A DNA stretch of 64,000 bases from an uncultured Bacteroidia bacterium (GCA_963924815.1 CAWURO010000029.1:5616-69615); one strand, 5' to 3'; positions 1-9,840 are shown, numbered from the stretch's first letter. Translations and numbers: made by a program. The notes: a model not told the origin generated them from the sequence alone.

Positions 1-1
1 T

Positions 2-550
2 GAGGACAAAAGCTGCTCTGGAACCCCAGAAGTAAAACCTGACATTTTAATACTGGGCAAGGCATTGAGTGGTGGGGTATTGCCCGTAAGTGCAGTATTA
101 GCCAATGATGAAATAATGCTCTGCATAAAACCAGGAGAACACGGAAGCACCTTTGGTGGGAATCCCCTGGCCAATAAAGTAGCTATAGCCGCACTTCAGG
201 TTGTAAAAGAAGAAAAACTAGCAGAGAACGCCTATCAATTAGGCATCCTTTTTAGAGAGCGTATGGGAAACATAAACTCTCCTATTTTAGAAACCTATAG
301 AGGTAAAGGCTTATTAAATGCCGTAGTTATTACTCCCTTTGAGTTTAAAGGAGAAAACAAAACGGCTATGGATGTGTGCTTAAAATTAAGAGACAATGGC
401 TTACTGGCCAAACCTACGCACGATCATATTATTCGTTTTGCGCCTCCCTTAGTAATCACAGAAGCAGAGCTTCATGCTGCTTGCGATATCATTGAAGCAA
501 CGATACTTAGTTTCAACGTGCAAATCTCACACGTTGATGCCGTAATTTAG
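2..550 (+). CDS. rocD: Ornithine aminotransferase (class-III PLP aminotransferase), C-terminal part; 5' end outside window
   Basis: Frame 2 is open from the window edge. [25 protein letters not shown] precedes the listed ORF. The GKALSGG PLP-lysine context and STFGGNPLA are typical of ornithine/acetylornithine aminotransferases. Confidence 0.85.
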   Translation, partial: EDKSCSGTPEVKPDILILGKALSGGVLPVSAVLANDEIMLCIKPGEHGSTFGGNPLANKVAIAALQVVKEEKLAENAYQLGILFRERMGNINSPILETYRGKGLLNAVVITPFEFKGENKTAMDVCLKLRDNGLLAKPTHDHIIRFAPPLVITEAELHAACDIIEATILSFNVQISHVDAVI

Positions 551-597
551 CGGGGGTCCTATTACGTTGGGGGGGGGTGCATCTAATTCGCTGCTCA

Positions 598-660
598 ATA
601 CCCTAAAAGTCCTTTGGAAATGTAGGTTAGTTTAGTTAGATTTGGACTTTGAAAATGACA
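598..660 (+). repeat. Copy 1 of a duplicated intergenic cassette (49-nt core 598-646, then a gapped match through AAAATGACA)
   Basis: ataccctaaaagtcctttggaaatgtaggttagtttagttagatttgga matches 4822-4870 at 48 of 49 positions. Both copies continue to aaaatgaca after a short indel. Confidence 0.9.
613..644 (+). promoter_or_regulatory. Bacteroidota sigma-A type promoter motif (TTTG, 20-nt spacer, TAGATTTG) inside repeat copy 1
   Basis: TTTG at 613-616 and TAGATTTG at 637-644 fit the -33 TTTG / -7 TAnnTTTG consensus described for Bacteroides and Flavobacterium. The motif lies upstream of the TPR/HTH gene. Confidence 0.55.
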
Positions 661-786
661 CGCGATCATTGCACCATACACCGTTTCAACGACACCCGTT
701 TTCTATTGCGTACATAACGGAAATATGCACAATAAGAGGTTTGTATTGGGTATCTAAACGTTAAAAATTCTTCAGAAAAATTCAAT

Positions 787-2397
787 TTGAAAAAAGTAAA
801 ACTCATAATAATCTTTTTGTTCTTGGCGAGCACATCATTGACTTATGCTCAAAGTAAAGTCGGTTCTTTAAGAATTGTTTGGGAGAATGAATCCCTAGCA
901 GATTCCGTTCGTTTTAAGGCTATCATGGATTTCTATTTGGAGAATACGCAAAGCAGCCCAAATAGTTCTTTAAAACTTTCCAAATTTCATTATCAGTTGG
1001 CCAAACAATTGGGGAACCGAAAAGAAGAAGCCCTGGCACTAAATGAGAAAGCAATTGTTTTTTATATGCTTGGCTATAAATTAGATAGTGTAAATGCTGT
1101 GCTTCAAGAAGTATTACCCATTTACACTGAATTGAATAATTACAATGGAATAGCATCTACAAAAAATAACATTGCCGCACTATTTCAAGACAAAGGTGAC
1201 TTTCAATCTGCTCTAAATTATTACAGAGAAGCTTTAACCCTATTTAAAGCACAAAAAAATAAGTTAATGGTGGCTGATGTTCTAAACAACATTGCGGGAA
1301 TTTACTACTCCATAGAGTTATATGAATTAGCCTTACCAAACTATAAAGAGGCTTTAACTATTTATACGAAAGAAGGAGCGGACGAAAAAGCTGGGTTTCT
1401 TTGGTTAAATTTGGCTAACATTTACACTAAAACTGGACGCACTAAAATTGCCAGAGAGCATTTTCAGAAAGCATACCCGATTTTAAAAGCAAAAAACGAT
1501 TTATATTACCTTCCACAATATTTTTATCTCCTAGCGTTATTCCATGAGGGCACCGGGAACCCTGATAGTGCTCTTCTAATGATTGAAGAGGGATTGAAAA
1601 TCCTCACTGATCTAGGCAATAATGATAAAATAATATCTTCTAAACTTCTTAAAGCCAAACTAATTTTAGATTCAGATTCAGAGCATGCTTATCGTATCGC
1701 GGAAGCATTAAAAGAACCAATCCTTAATGGGAGCAATAAGTCACATAAATCTGCATTGTTTCAACTCTTATATCAATGCTACAAAAAACAAGAAAACTTC
1801 GAAATAGCAATGGAAATGAATGAGCAATATTTGCTGTATTCAGATAGTGTTCTAATAGAGGAGAATAAGACTGTAATGGTTAGAGAAGCGTTACGAGCCG
1901 ATTACAATGCTAAGCTATTTGATAATCGATTAGAGGCAGAAAAACGTGAAGCTCAATTAAAATTGAGACAACTTAAATTAGTTTATTCTCTTGTTCTGAT
2001 TGGTGCAATAATTATCCTAATTTTATTTTTCTACTACCGTTTTCGAATCAAGAAAAATAAAGCAAAACGAGATTTACTATTAGATGAAATAGAAAAGCTT
2101 AAGAGAATTGCAAATAAAGAATTACTCGTTGATTACCATAAGTTTGAATTATCTAGAAAGAAATTAGAAACCAGACTGGATAGAAAATTAAATGAAACGG
2201 ATTGGAAAGTCTTAAATATACTGCTCGATGACCCTGCAATTTCCAATAAAGAAATATCCGAAAAGGCAGACAAGAGTATCGACGGAATCGGTTCATCCTT
2301 GCGGAGGATGTATGAATACTTCGAAATAAAGGAATCAAAGTACAAAAAAATAACCCTACTGCTAGAAGCAATTAGGATTTCTAATTCTGTAGTATAG
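787..2397 (+). CDS. Membrane-anchored TPR-repeat protein with C-terminal LuxR-type HTH-like segment (putative one-component regulator)
   Basis: Signal-like N-terminus MKKVKLIIIFLFLASTSLTYAQS. Several TPR-like repeats (ALNYYREALTLFKAQ, ALPNYKEALTIYTKEG). One TM helix (LVYSLVLIGAIIILILFFYY). The C-terminal TDWKVLNILLDDPAISNKEISEKADKSIDGIGSSLRRM resembles a LuxR/GerE HTH. TTG start. Confidence 0.7.
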   Translation: MKKVKLIIIFLFLASTSLTYAQSKVGSLRIVWENESLADSVRFKAIMDFYLENTQSSPNSSLKLSKFHYQLAKQLGNRKEEALALNEKAIVFYMLGYKLDSVNAVLQEVLPIYTELNNYNGIASTKNNIAALFQDKGDFQSALNYYREALTLFKAQKNKLMVADVLNNIAGIYYSIELYELALPNYKEALTIYTKEGADEKAGFLWLNLANIYTKTGRTKIAREHFQKAYPILKAKNDLYYLPQYFYLLALFHEGTGNPDSALLMIEEGLKILTDLGNNDKIISSKLLKAKLILDSDSEHAYRIAEALKEPILNGSNKSHKSALFQLLYQCYKKQENFEIAMEMNEQYLLYSDSVLIEENKTVMVREALRADYNAKLFDNRLEAEKREAQLKLRQLKLVYSLVLIGAIIILILFFYYRFRIKKNKAKRDLLLDEIEKLKRIANKELLVDYHKFELSRKKLETRLDRKLNETDWKVLNILLDDPAISNKEISEKADKSIDGIGSSLRRMYEYFEIKESKYKKITLLLEAIRISNSVV

Positions 2398-2433
2398 CTG
2401 TTTAGAATTAACATATTAGTGTAACCATTACAG

Positions 2434-2463
2434 CTTTCACCCCTGGACGTGAAGGATGTTTTT
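2434..2463 (+). terminator. Possible intrinsic terminator after the TPR/HTH gene
   Basis: The 7-bp stem ctttcac / gtgaagg has one G-U pair and an 8-nt loop, followed by atgttttt. The stem is weak. Confidence 0.35.
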
Positions 2464-2540
2464 CAATAATGCATTAATCTTGAATCTTAATACAACTTGA
2501 ATAACACCGATAGTTTAAAAATCACTTAAAAGTAACAACC

Positions 2541-4661
2541 ATGAATATTTTCAAATCACTCTTCTTAATAACAGCACTAAATTTTTCTTATGCTGCTAAC
2601 GCTCAAGAATGGGTTCCCCACCAAAGCCCTCAAAAAATTAATGATCTGGTTGACAATGGCAGTGAATTGATAATGGCAACAGATTATGGTCTCGTTGTTA
2701 TGAATAAAACTACGCTTGAAAAAACTACTTTCACTAACCGAAATTCTAAACTTGCGAATAATCACATCAGCTCCATAACCGGAGCACCAAATGGCGATAT
2801 TTATTTGAGCACGGACCAAACTATTGGAAAATTTGATGGTTCAGATGTAAACGATGTGGTAATCCCTGCAGCTTTAACAACCAATGTAAATACACTACAA
2901 TTTTTTGATGTAGAAGTAGCTTCCAATGGCGATTTATGGATCGGCTCTTCAGAAGGTATTTTTCACAAAAAAGGCCAGAATTGGTCGAAGTATGGTAAGA
3001 CTGAGCTTGGAGAATTCTTTTTTAAAGTGTGGGATATTGAAATCGATAGCAAAGGAGATGTCTTTGCAGGTACCCAAGTCGGTGTACATAAATTCGAAAA
3101 CAATTCTTGGTCTCACATTTCAAAAGACGATTCACTCCAAGGTTACCGTAATGCCGAACTGTTTTTTAGCAAGTCAGGGGATTTGTTTTTCGGAGGAGAC
3201 TTGACTAAAACTGCTCGGTATGATGGAACTAATTGGGAAGTTTACAATCACGGCAGTGGAGCTGATCGTATGCAGTTTGTAGAAGATAAAGACAGCAATG
3301 TTTACTTGTGTGTGAAAGGTATGATTTTTCAATTAAACAACAGTACTTGGAATACCTACACCGATATACAAACTTTAGCAATGGATGATATTATAGTTAA
3401 TGAAGACTCATATTACTACATAGACACTCAGAACCAACGTTGGTTTTGTAACAATATCTATTTGTCTGTAAGTGATAAAGGTACTATTCGATCAACAAGT
3501 ATTTCCTCAAACAACACCATAGAGGCTAACAATATTAAGGGAATTCACAAGGGCCGTAATGGAAAACTGTTTTTCAGAATGGGAAGAACATCAACCGGAT
3601 CTATTGCCGTAGTTGATCCTAAAGGCAATTGGTCCTCTCTTGAATTGCCAGATAGTCTCACCCGGATAAATGGGATATATGACATTCTTTTTCTAGCAGA
3701 TGATGATATATGGCTAACTTCATACGAAGGGCTTCATCATTACGATGGCAAAAAATGGTCATCGAATGAATTAGTGCTTGGTTTTCAGAGTAAGTTGGCT
3801 ACAAATTCACTAGGAAAAATCTATGTGTTAGCTTCGAAACGTATTTATATTGTTGAGAATGGTAATGTTTCAGAGTTCACACCAACTAATTCACCACTAT
3901 CTGATTTAGAGGTAACTTCTGGCCTTGGTATTGATGCTAATGATAACTTGTGGATTGCATCTTATGATTGGAGTGGAAATTCAAAAATACAAAAAGTGGA
4001 TACTGATGGAGAATGGACCACTTTTGACCATACGAATCATCCCAGTATAGATCAACCAGCAGGAGATTTTCATTTTGATAAGAATGGAAATACTTGGATA
4101 TCAGCTAAAGTGGGTGCAATTAAATTTAATGGTGAAAATTTCACTAATCCAATTAAGGAAAACATTAGTAACCTAGAAAATTACAAAGCATCTTCTATCG
4201 AAAGTGACTCAGAGGGAAGAATGTATTTTGCACATCAATATGGGGTAACTACATTGCTTGACAGCGTTTGGGGAGAATTGCTTATCGATGATGTCCCACA
4301 TAAAAAAACATCTGCTAATACAAACATCAAATTTGATGATGCCGGAACATTATGGTGGGCAAGTAACTTCTCCGGAGTATACGCTTATACACCAGAGACT
4401 ACGGCTTCTATCTTTTCTAGTATAGAGAGGACTACTGATTTCTCAATCTACCCTAATCCTTCTGCTGGCATACTCTATTTTAAGAATATAGATGCGGATG
4501 AAGCTTCCATAAAAATTTATACTACCCTTGGAAAATTGGTATATTCAAATGATAAATTGAATCCCAATAGCCCAATACAATTAAATCAATCTCCGGGAAT
4601 ATATTTGGTTGTCATTAAAAATTCGAATTCAACCTTTACGCAGAAGCTGATTCTGAAATAG
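2541..4661 (+). CDS. Secreted beta-propeller-like protein (two-component-regulator propeller-type repeats) with type A T9SS C-terminal sorting domain
   Basis: Signal peptide MNIFKSLFLITALNFSYAANAQ. Repeated G/W-rich blades (DLWIGSSEGIF, NLWIASYDW, TLWWASNFSGVY). The C-terminal FSIYPNPSAGILYFKN...GIYLVVIKNSNSTFTQKLILK fits the T9SS type A CTD pattern. Confidence 0.75.
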   Translation: MNIFKSLFLITALNFSYAANAQEWVPHQSPQKINDLVDNGSELIMATDYGLVVMNKTTLEKTTFTNRNSKLANNHISSITGAPNGDIYLSTDQTIGKFDGSDVNDVVIPAALTTNVNTLQFFDVEVASNGDLWIGSSEGIFHKKGQNWSKYGKTELGEFFFKVWDIEIDSKGDVFAGTQVGVHKFENNSWSHISKDDSLQGYRNAELFFSKSGDLFFGGDLTKTARYDGTNWEVYNHGSGADRMQFVEDKDSNVYLCVKGMIFQLNNSTWNTYTDIQTLAMDDIIVNEDSYYYIDTQNQRWFCNNIYLSVSDKGTIRSTSISSNNTIEANNIKGIHKGRNGKLFFRMGRTSTGSIAVVDPKGNWSSLELPDSLTRINGIYDILFLADDDIWLTSYEGLHHYDGKKWSSNELVLGFQSKLATNSLGKIYVLASKRIYIVENGNVSEFTPTNSPLSDLEVTSGLGIDANDNLWIASYDWSGNSKIQKVDTDGEWTTFDHTNHPSIDQPAGDFHFDKNGNTWISAKVGAIKFNGENFTNPIKENISNLENYKASSIESDSEGRMYFAHQYGVTTLLDSVWGELLIDDVPHKKTSANTNIKFDDAGTLWWASNFSGVYAYTPETTASIFSSIERTTDFSIYPNPSAGILYFKNIDADEASIKIYTTLGKLVYSNDKLNPNSPIQLNQSPGIYLVVIKNSNSTFTQKLILK

Positions 4662-4694
4662 TAACGGTTTGCTGAAAACATGTATTTGAAATAG

Positions 4695-4724
4695 CGGTTT
4701 GGGAGCAATCTTAAACCGTTTTTT
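4695..4724 (+). terminator. Intrinsic terminator after the T9SS propeller gene
   Basis: The 9-bp stem cggtttggg / cttaaaccg has two G-U pairs and a 6-nt loop (agcaat), followed by tttttt. Confidence 0.6.
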
Positions 4725-4821
4725 GATTTAATTAATTCCCTTGTTTATCGCAAAGTTTGTGGATTATTAATCCGCTGAGGCTCTAACATTAAACGTTATG
4801 TGTAATGCTAAGGCCAAACCT

Positions 4822-4886
4822 ATACCCTAAAAGTCCTTTGGACATGTAGGTTAGTTTAGTTAGATTTGGAAATAGTAAAAATGACA
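4822..4886 (+). repeat. Copy 2 of the duplicated intergenic cassette
   Basis: Positions 4822-4870 match 598-646 at 48 of 49 positions. The shared aaaatgaca ends at 4886. Confidence 0.9.
4837..4868 (+). promoter_or_regulatory. Bacteroidota-type promoter motif (TTTG, 20-nt spacer, TAGATTTG) inside repeat copy 2
   Basis: TTTG at 4837-4840 and TAGATTTG at 4861-4868. The motif lies directly upstream of the lipoprotein ORF, whose candidate starts are ATG 4881 and ATG 4908. Confidence 0.55.
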
Positions 4887-4907
4887 TCCATAGTTAGAAT
4901 CGACAAT

Positions 4908-5552
4908 ATGAAATCACTAAAATTTATTTCGACAATTATCATTTTAATAAGTTTGTTTGCTTGTGAGCCACCTGTAACTTTTAACGAACCACAGCCAACA
5001 CAAACAGATAATTTATTAAAATTTCCTGACCGATTGAAAGGGCAATATGTGAGTCTTAACGACCATTCAACACTTTCAATTAGCGACAAACTAATTCAGA
5101 GAATTTACGACTTTGACTATAAAATTCACCCAAACCAACTCGACAGTGCAACTCAACTTTCGGGCGACACCATAATTGACTTGACGACAAATGAAAAGAC
5201 AGTAATAAAGCGTGACGGTGACAGTTTAGTAACTCACGTTCATTACATTGACACTTTATTTCAAATGGACTATGATAATGTTGTACGAAAATTTAAAGGA
5301 TACTATTTTCTAAACACTCGTTACGGCAAGACAAGCTGGGAAGTGACGAAAATTCAATTAACAAAAGGACAACTTACCGTAAGCAGTATTTCAACCAAAC
5401 TCGACATAGAGAATTTAAAGAAAATAACCGAATCTATGCAGGAAACAATTGCCCCTTACCAGTTTACAACGACCAAAAAACAGTTTAAAGAATTCATAAA
5501 AAACGATGGATTTAGCGACCGCGAAACGTTTGTAAGACAGCAGAAAAAATGA
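4908..5552 (+). CDS. Hypothetical lipoprotein
   Basis: MKSLKFISTIIILISLFAC is a good lipoprotein signal with a lipobox Cys. In-frame alternative starts are ATG 4881 (inside the repeat) and TTG 4866. I recognise no functional motif. Confidence 0.6.
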   Translation: MKSLKFISTIIILISLFACEPPVTFNEPQPTQTDNLLKFPDRLKGQYVSLNDHSTLSISDKLIQRIYDFDYKIHPNQLDSATQLSGDTIIDLTTNEKTVIKRDGDSLVTHVHYIDTLFQMDYDNVVRKFKGYYFLNTRYGKTSWEVTKIQLTKGQLTVSSISTKLDIENLKKITESMQETIAPYQFTTTKKQFKEFIKNDGFSDRETFVRQQKK

Positions 5553-5580
5553 CTTATAACTAGTCACAATCCGTTACAGG

Positions 5581-6972
5581 CTAACTTACTCCTACGCCAA
5601 TTAAACTAGCAGTGGTGGTTCTTTCTATGCGTACATCCACATAATCACCTATCGCATAGGTAGATCGCGGAAAAATCACTTTCAGGTTTTGCTCATTGCG
5701 CCCCATCCACTCGTCTGCGTTTTTCTTACTTTGCGCCTCTACCAGCACTCGGTGTATTTTACCCAATTGTGCCGCATTTAATTTGCGAGATACTTCATGC
5801 TGCGCTTCTATAACTTCAGAAAGTCGTCTTCGCTTCATATCTTCAGGTACATCATCTTCGTACTTGCGTGCAGCCAGTGTTCCGGGCCGTTCACTGTAAA
5901 AATACATGTAGCTAAACTCAAACTCACAGGTACGCATTAAGTCTAACGTTGCCTGGTGATCTTCTTCTGTCTCTGAGCAAAAACCAGTAATAATATCACA
6001 ACTCACACCACAGTTGGGGAGCACTTCTTTTATCCGATTGTATTTCATCTCATACCACTCCCGGGTGTACGTTCGGTTCATCTTTTCGAGTATGCGCGTA
6101 CTTCCACTTTGGGCCGGAAAATGAATATGTTTGGCCACGTTATCATACTTTTTCATTACAAAAAGTACTTCGTCGTGTATGTCTTTGGGATGCGACGTAG
6201 AAAAACGCACCCGTAAAGCAGGGTCTACTTGCGCTACTTTTTCGAGCAAGTTAGCAAAGCTTACACTGCTTGCTTTTTCGTCTTCAGTTAATTTATCAAA
6301 ATCTTTTCGCGCACCGCCACCATACCAAAGGTACGAGTCTACGTTTTGACCCAATAATGTTACTTCTTTATACCCTTTGTTTACCAAATCTTGTGCTTCG
6401 GCTACAATACTTTCGGGGTTTCTGCTGCGCTCTCTTCCACGGGTAAATGGGACCACACAAAAACTACACATATTGTCGCAACCTCTTGTTATACTGATAT
6501 ACGCTGTAACTCCATTGCTATTGAGTCGCGTAGGCTGAATTTCGGCGTAGGTTTCTTCTAGGCTTAATAATACGTTAATAGCCTTATGCCCGTCTTCTAC
6601 CTCACGAAGTAAAATAGGTAATTCCTTATACGCATCGGGCCCAGCTACTATGTCTACGAGCTTTTCTTCTTCAAGCAATTGCTTTTTAAGTCGCTCTGCC
6701 ATACAGCCAAGTATGCCAATGGTCAAGTTCTTGTTCTGTTTTTTATTATGCCGTAAGTGCTTCAGCCTATGGCGGATTTTCTGCTCTGCATTATCACGGA
6801 TAGAACACGTATTAATAAAAATAATATCCGCTTCCATCTCATCATTGGTGGTTTCTACCCCTATTTCTGACATGATAGAAGCTACAACCTCACTGTCTGC
6901 AAAGTTCATTGCACACCCGTAGCTCTCTATAAACAGCTTTCTTTTCTCCGTATTCTCTTGTATTACTGCCAA
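5581..6972 (-). CDS. miaB: tRNA (N6-isopentenyl-adenosine-37) methylthiotransferase MiaB
   Basis: MTTase N-terminal cysteines (SYGCAMN, NTCSIR, LGCMAE). Radical-SAM motif [19 protein letters not shown]-like C-terminus. TTG start as listed. Confidence 0.9.
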   Translation of the reverse strand: MAVIQENTEKRKLFIESYGCAMNFADSEVVASIMSEIGVETTNDEMEADIIFINTCSIRDNAEQKIRHRLKHLRHNKKQNKNLTIGILGCMAERLKKQLLEEEKLVDIVAGPDAYKELPILLREVEDGHKAINVLLSLEETYAEIQPTRLNSNGVTAYISITRGCDNMCSFCVVPFTRGRERSRNPESIVAEAQDLVNKGYKEVTLLGQNVDSYLWYGGGARKDFDKLTEDEKASSVSFANLLEKVAQVDPALRVRFSTSHPKDIHDEVLFVMKKYDNVAKHIHFPAQSGSTRILEKMNRTYTREWYEMKYNRIKEVLPNCGVSCDIITGFCSETEEDHQATLDLMRTCEFEFSYMYFYSERPGTLAARKYEDDVPEDMKRRRLSEVIEAQHEVSRKLNAAQLGKIHRVLVEAQSKKNADEWMGRNEQNLKVIFPRSTYAIGDYVDVRIERTTTASLIGVGVS

Positions 6973-7134
6973 AGCGATGCAAATGTAGCGACAGAAGTAA
7001 TGACTAGGTTGTGATAGTCACAAAAAAATAAATGTTGTTGAAGTATCTGACAAGATAATTCATAAAAAATACCGATTGCAGCGCCCAATAGGAAAGAACC
7101 ATGCTTTTTTTATTTTGGTTAAATTTGCCTGCGC

Positions 7135-8061
7135 TTGAAATTAAAGATAGACTTCAAAATAGCTCAGAATGAATTGGCTCAAACGTGGCCTAGCTTTTTT
7201 ATGCTTGGATCCTGTTTTGCGCAAAATCAGGCCGATCGAATGGCTCAACTAGGTTTTGACGTGGTGAGCAATCCCTTTGGGATCATCTATAATCCTGTAA
7301 GTATACAAAATCTACTTCAACGAATGGGTAACAATACGGCGTATACCGAAACTGATTTTAATCAGCGAGACACCGTTTTTTCTTGGGAACATCATGGCGA
7401 TTTTAAGTATTCCGGCGTTGCGCCTGCTATAGAAACGTCTAATGCTATCCTAACTACGGCTCGCCAGGCTGCACAAAAAGCAGATGTGATCTTACTTACT
7501 TTAGGAACTTCCTTCGTGCATACGCACAACAACATCCTCGTTGCCAATTGCCACAAAATCGCAAACCACGAATTTGAACAAAAGCAGTTGACGTTTGACG
7601 AAACTAAAAACAGTATTGAACACTCTATTTCGCTAATTAAACAGCTAAACCCAACGGCATCTATCATTATTACGGTAAGTCCGGTTAGGCATTTGCGCAG
7701 TGGCATTATAGAAAACAGTAGGAGTAAAGCGGTTTTACTAGCAGCACTGCATGAAGTCTTGCGCAGCGTTACCAACGCCACTTATTTTCCTTCTTATGAA
7801 TTATTTATAGACGAACTGCGTGACTATAGATTTGCCAAAGAGGACATGACACATCCTACACCACAGGCAGAAACCTACATCTGGGATTGCTTTTGTGAAA
7901 CGTACTTTTCAGCAACTACACGTGATATCATCGAACACGTCAAAAAATACAATTTATTTGCAGCGCATCGGCCCATTCACTCTGCTAATGAGCATTTACA
8001 GAAAGTCGCAGAAAAACGAAATACCTTACAGCTTACATACCCATTTTTAAAGATCAAATGA
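7135..8061 (+). CDS. GSCFA-domain protein
   Basis: Contains the literal GSCFA motif (FFMLGSCFAQN) near the N-terminus. The size of about 308 aa is typical for the family. TTG start. Confidence 0.75.
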   Translation: MKLKIDFKIAQNELAQTWPSFFMLGSCFAQNQADRMAQLGFDVVSNPFGIIYNPVSIQNLLQRMGNNTAYTETDFNQRDTVFSWEHHGDFKYSGVAPAIETSNAILTTARQAAQKADVILLTLGTSFVHTHNNILVANCHKIANHEFEQKQLTFDETKNSIEHSISLIKQLNPTASIIITVSPVRHLRSGIIENSRSKAVLLAALHEVLRSVTNATYFPSYELFIDELRDYRFAKEDMTHPTPQAETYIWDCFCETYFSATTRDIIEHVKKYNLFAAHRPIHSANEHLQKVAEKRNTLQLTYPFLKIK

Positions 8062-8954
8062 AAAAAGTACTTATAACGGGAAGCAATGGATTGCTAGGCC
8101 AAAAACTATTGGATCTATACCTTACTATAGAAGATATAGAACTCATTGCCACCGCTCGTGGTGAAAATAGATATCCGCGCAAGGAAGGGTATACCTATAC
8201 CAGTCTAGACATCACCAATGAAAAAGAAGTACAACACGTTATCGCCCAACATGCTCCAGATTGTATTATAAATACTGCTGCTATGACCAACGTAGATAGC
8301 TGTGAAACCGATAAAGAAGGATGCGACAAACTAAATGTAGACGCTGTTGCCTACCTTATTGCAGCCGCAAATACCGCAGGTGCTCACCTTATACACTTGA
8401 GTACCGATTTTATTTTTGATGGTAAAAAAGGGCCGTATAAAGAAGACGATGAGGCAAACCCACTAAGCTACTATGGCCACAGTAAGCTACTTGCCGAAAA
8501 TATGGTGCGTGAGTATTGTACGAAGTGGAGTATCGCACGTACGGTTTTGGTATACGGCGTAGTAAATGATATGAGCCGAAGCAATATCGTTTTGTGGGCT
8601 AAAGGGGCTTTGGAAAAAGGGCAACCAATCAACGTAGTGGATGACCAATTTAGAACACCTACCTTGGCAGAAGATCTTGCCAAAGGATGTCAATTGATAG
8701 AGCATAAACAAGCTGAAGGTATTTATAATATCAGCGGAAAAGATCAAATGAGCATACTAGAACTTGTGCAACGCGTAGCTAATTATTTTGATTTAGATGC
8801 GAGCGTACTGCGTGTAGTAAGCAGTGAATCGTTAAATCAACCTGCTAAACGTCCGCCTCTCACGGGTTTTGACTTAACCAAAAGCAGAAAAGTACTGGGC
8901 TATGAGCCACATTCCTTTGAACAAGGAATTGGTGTATTGATGGAGCAGTTGTAG
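8058..8954 (+). CDS. SDR-family NAD(P)-dependent reductase, dTDP-4-dehydrorhamnose reductase (RmlD)-like
   Basis: Rossmann motif ITGSNGLLGQ and YxxxK motif (YGHSK). RmlD-like length. Overlaps the GSCFA gene by 4 nt. Confidence 0.7.
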   Translation: MKKVLITGSNGLLGQKLLDLYLTIEDIELIATARGENRYPRKEGYTYTSLDITNEKEVQHVIAQHAPDCIINTAAMTNVDSCETDKEGCDKLNVDAVAYLIAAANTAGAHLIHLSTDFIFDGKKGPYKEDDEANPLSYYGHSKLLAENMVREYCTKWSIARTVLVYGVVNDMSRSNIVLWAKGALEKGQPINVVDDQFRTPTLAEDLAKGCQLIEHKQAEGIYNISGKDQMSILELVQRVANYFDLDASVLRVVSSESLNQPAKRPPLTGFDLTKSRKVLGYEPHSFEQGIGVLMEQL

Positions 8955-8960
8955 TATTAA

Positions 8961-9830
8961 CTACAACCAGATAATACCAATAATAAAAAGCAATAATGCC
9001 AACTGCAGAATTCTGTGTATGGGCTTTTTATTTTTTTCAATAAGCCAAATCATCAGTAGTTTTAAAACGGCGATGCCGCCCAATATTAAAAAGAACTCAG
9101 GTTTGGTATTCACCATCAAAAAAATGGCATCTATCGCATAGCTAATGATAAGTATTACCTGAAAAATTCGCTTGCTGGTTTCAATCCCTATCTTGGTTAC
9201 TATACTCTCATAGCCAATTACTACATCACCTTTTACCCAAATAATATCTTTGTAAATCTCTCTAGCAAATAGGACAAAAAATAAATTAGCACCGTATAAG
9301 AAAAATATCAGACTTAAACTCTGATAGTAAAATACCAAACTAAAGAAAGCAAATACTGTTAAGAAGCTAGCCGCGAGTTCTCTAATCAATACTATTTTAC
9401 TTAGCTTATGGGAATAAAACCAGAGTGCAAATGTGTAGAAGGCAAAAAATATAAAAATTCTCCAAGAAGCATAAAGGGCTATACTCAAGCCTAAAAAATT
9501 GAGCAATAAATAAAAATTGAGCTTAAACCCACGACTTACTAAATTTTGAAAACGAGTACGATGTGGCCTATTGATTAAGTCTCTCTCGATGTCATAAAAA
9601 TTATTGACAATATAACCTCCGGCAAGTATTAGTGCCGTAGATAGGATGATAAGATGAACTTTAACTTCTAGCAACGAATGAAAAATATCTTCTTTCACAT
9701 TGAATGCAAAAAGAAAACTTATGTATTGTGCAATAGCCGTAAACAGCACGTTTTTCCAACGAACCGAAGCCAGTAAAGCTATAATCTTAAGATAAATAGA
9801 ATCGCGTTTCTGAGATATAATCGCGCTCAT
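8961..9830 (-). CDS. UbiA-family aromatic/polyprenyl prenyltransferase (polytopic membrane protein)
   Basis: About 8-9 hydrophobic helices. Asp-rich prenyl-diphosphate motif NNFYDIERDLINRP. Lies immediately downstream of the mevalonate-pathway genes on the same strand. Confidence 0.75.
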   Translation of the reverse strand: MSAIISQKRDSIYLKIIALLASVRWKNVLFTAIAQYISFLFAFNVKEDIFHSLLEVKVHLIILSTALILAGGYIVNNFYDIERDLINRPHRTRFQNLVSRGFKLNFYLLLNFLGLSIALYASWRIFIFFAFYTFALWFYSHKLSKIVLIRELAASFLTVFAFFSLVFYYQSLSLIFFLYGANLFFVLFAREIYKDIIWVKGDVVIGYESIVTKIGIETSKRIFQVILIISYAIDAIFLMVNTKPEFFLILGGIAVLKLLMIWLIEKNKKPIHRILQLALLLFIIGIIWL

Positions 9831-9840
9831 ACACTAGCGT

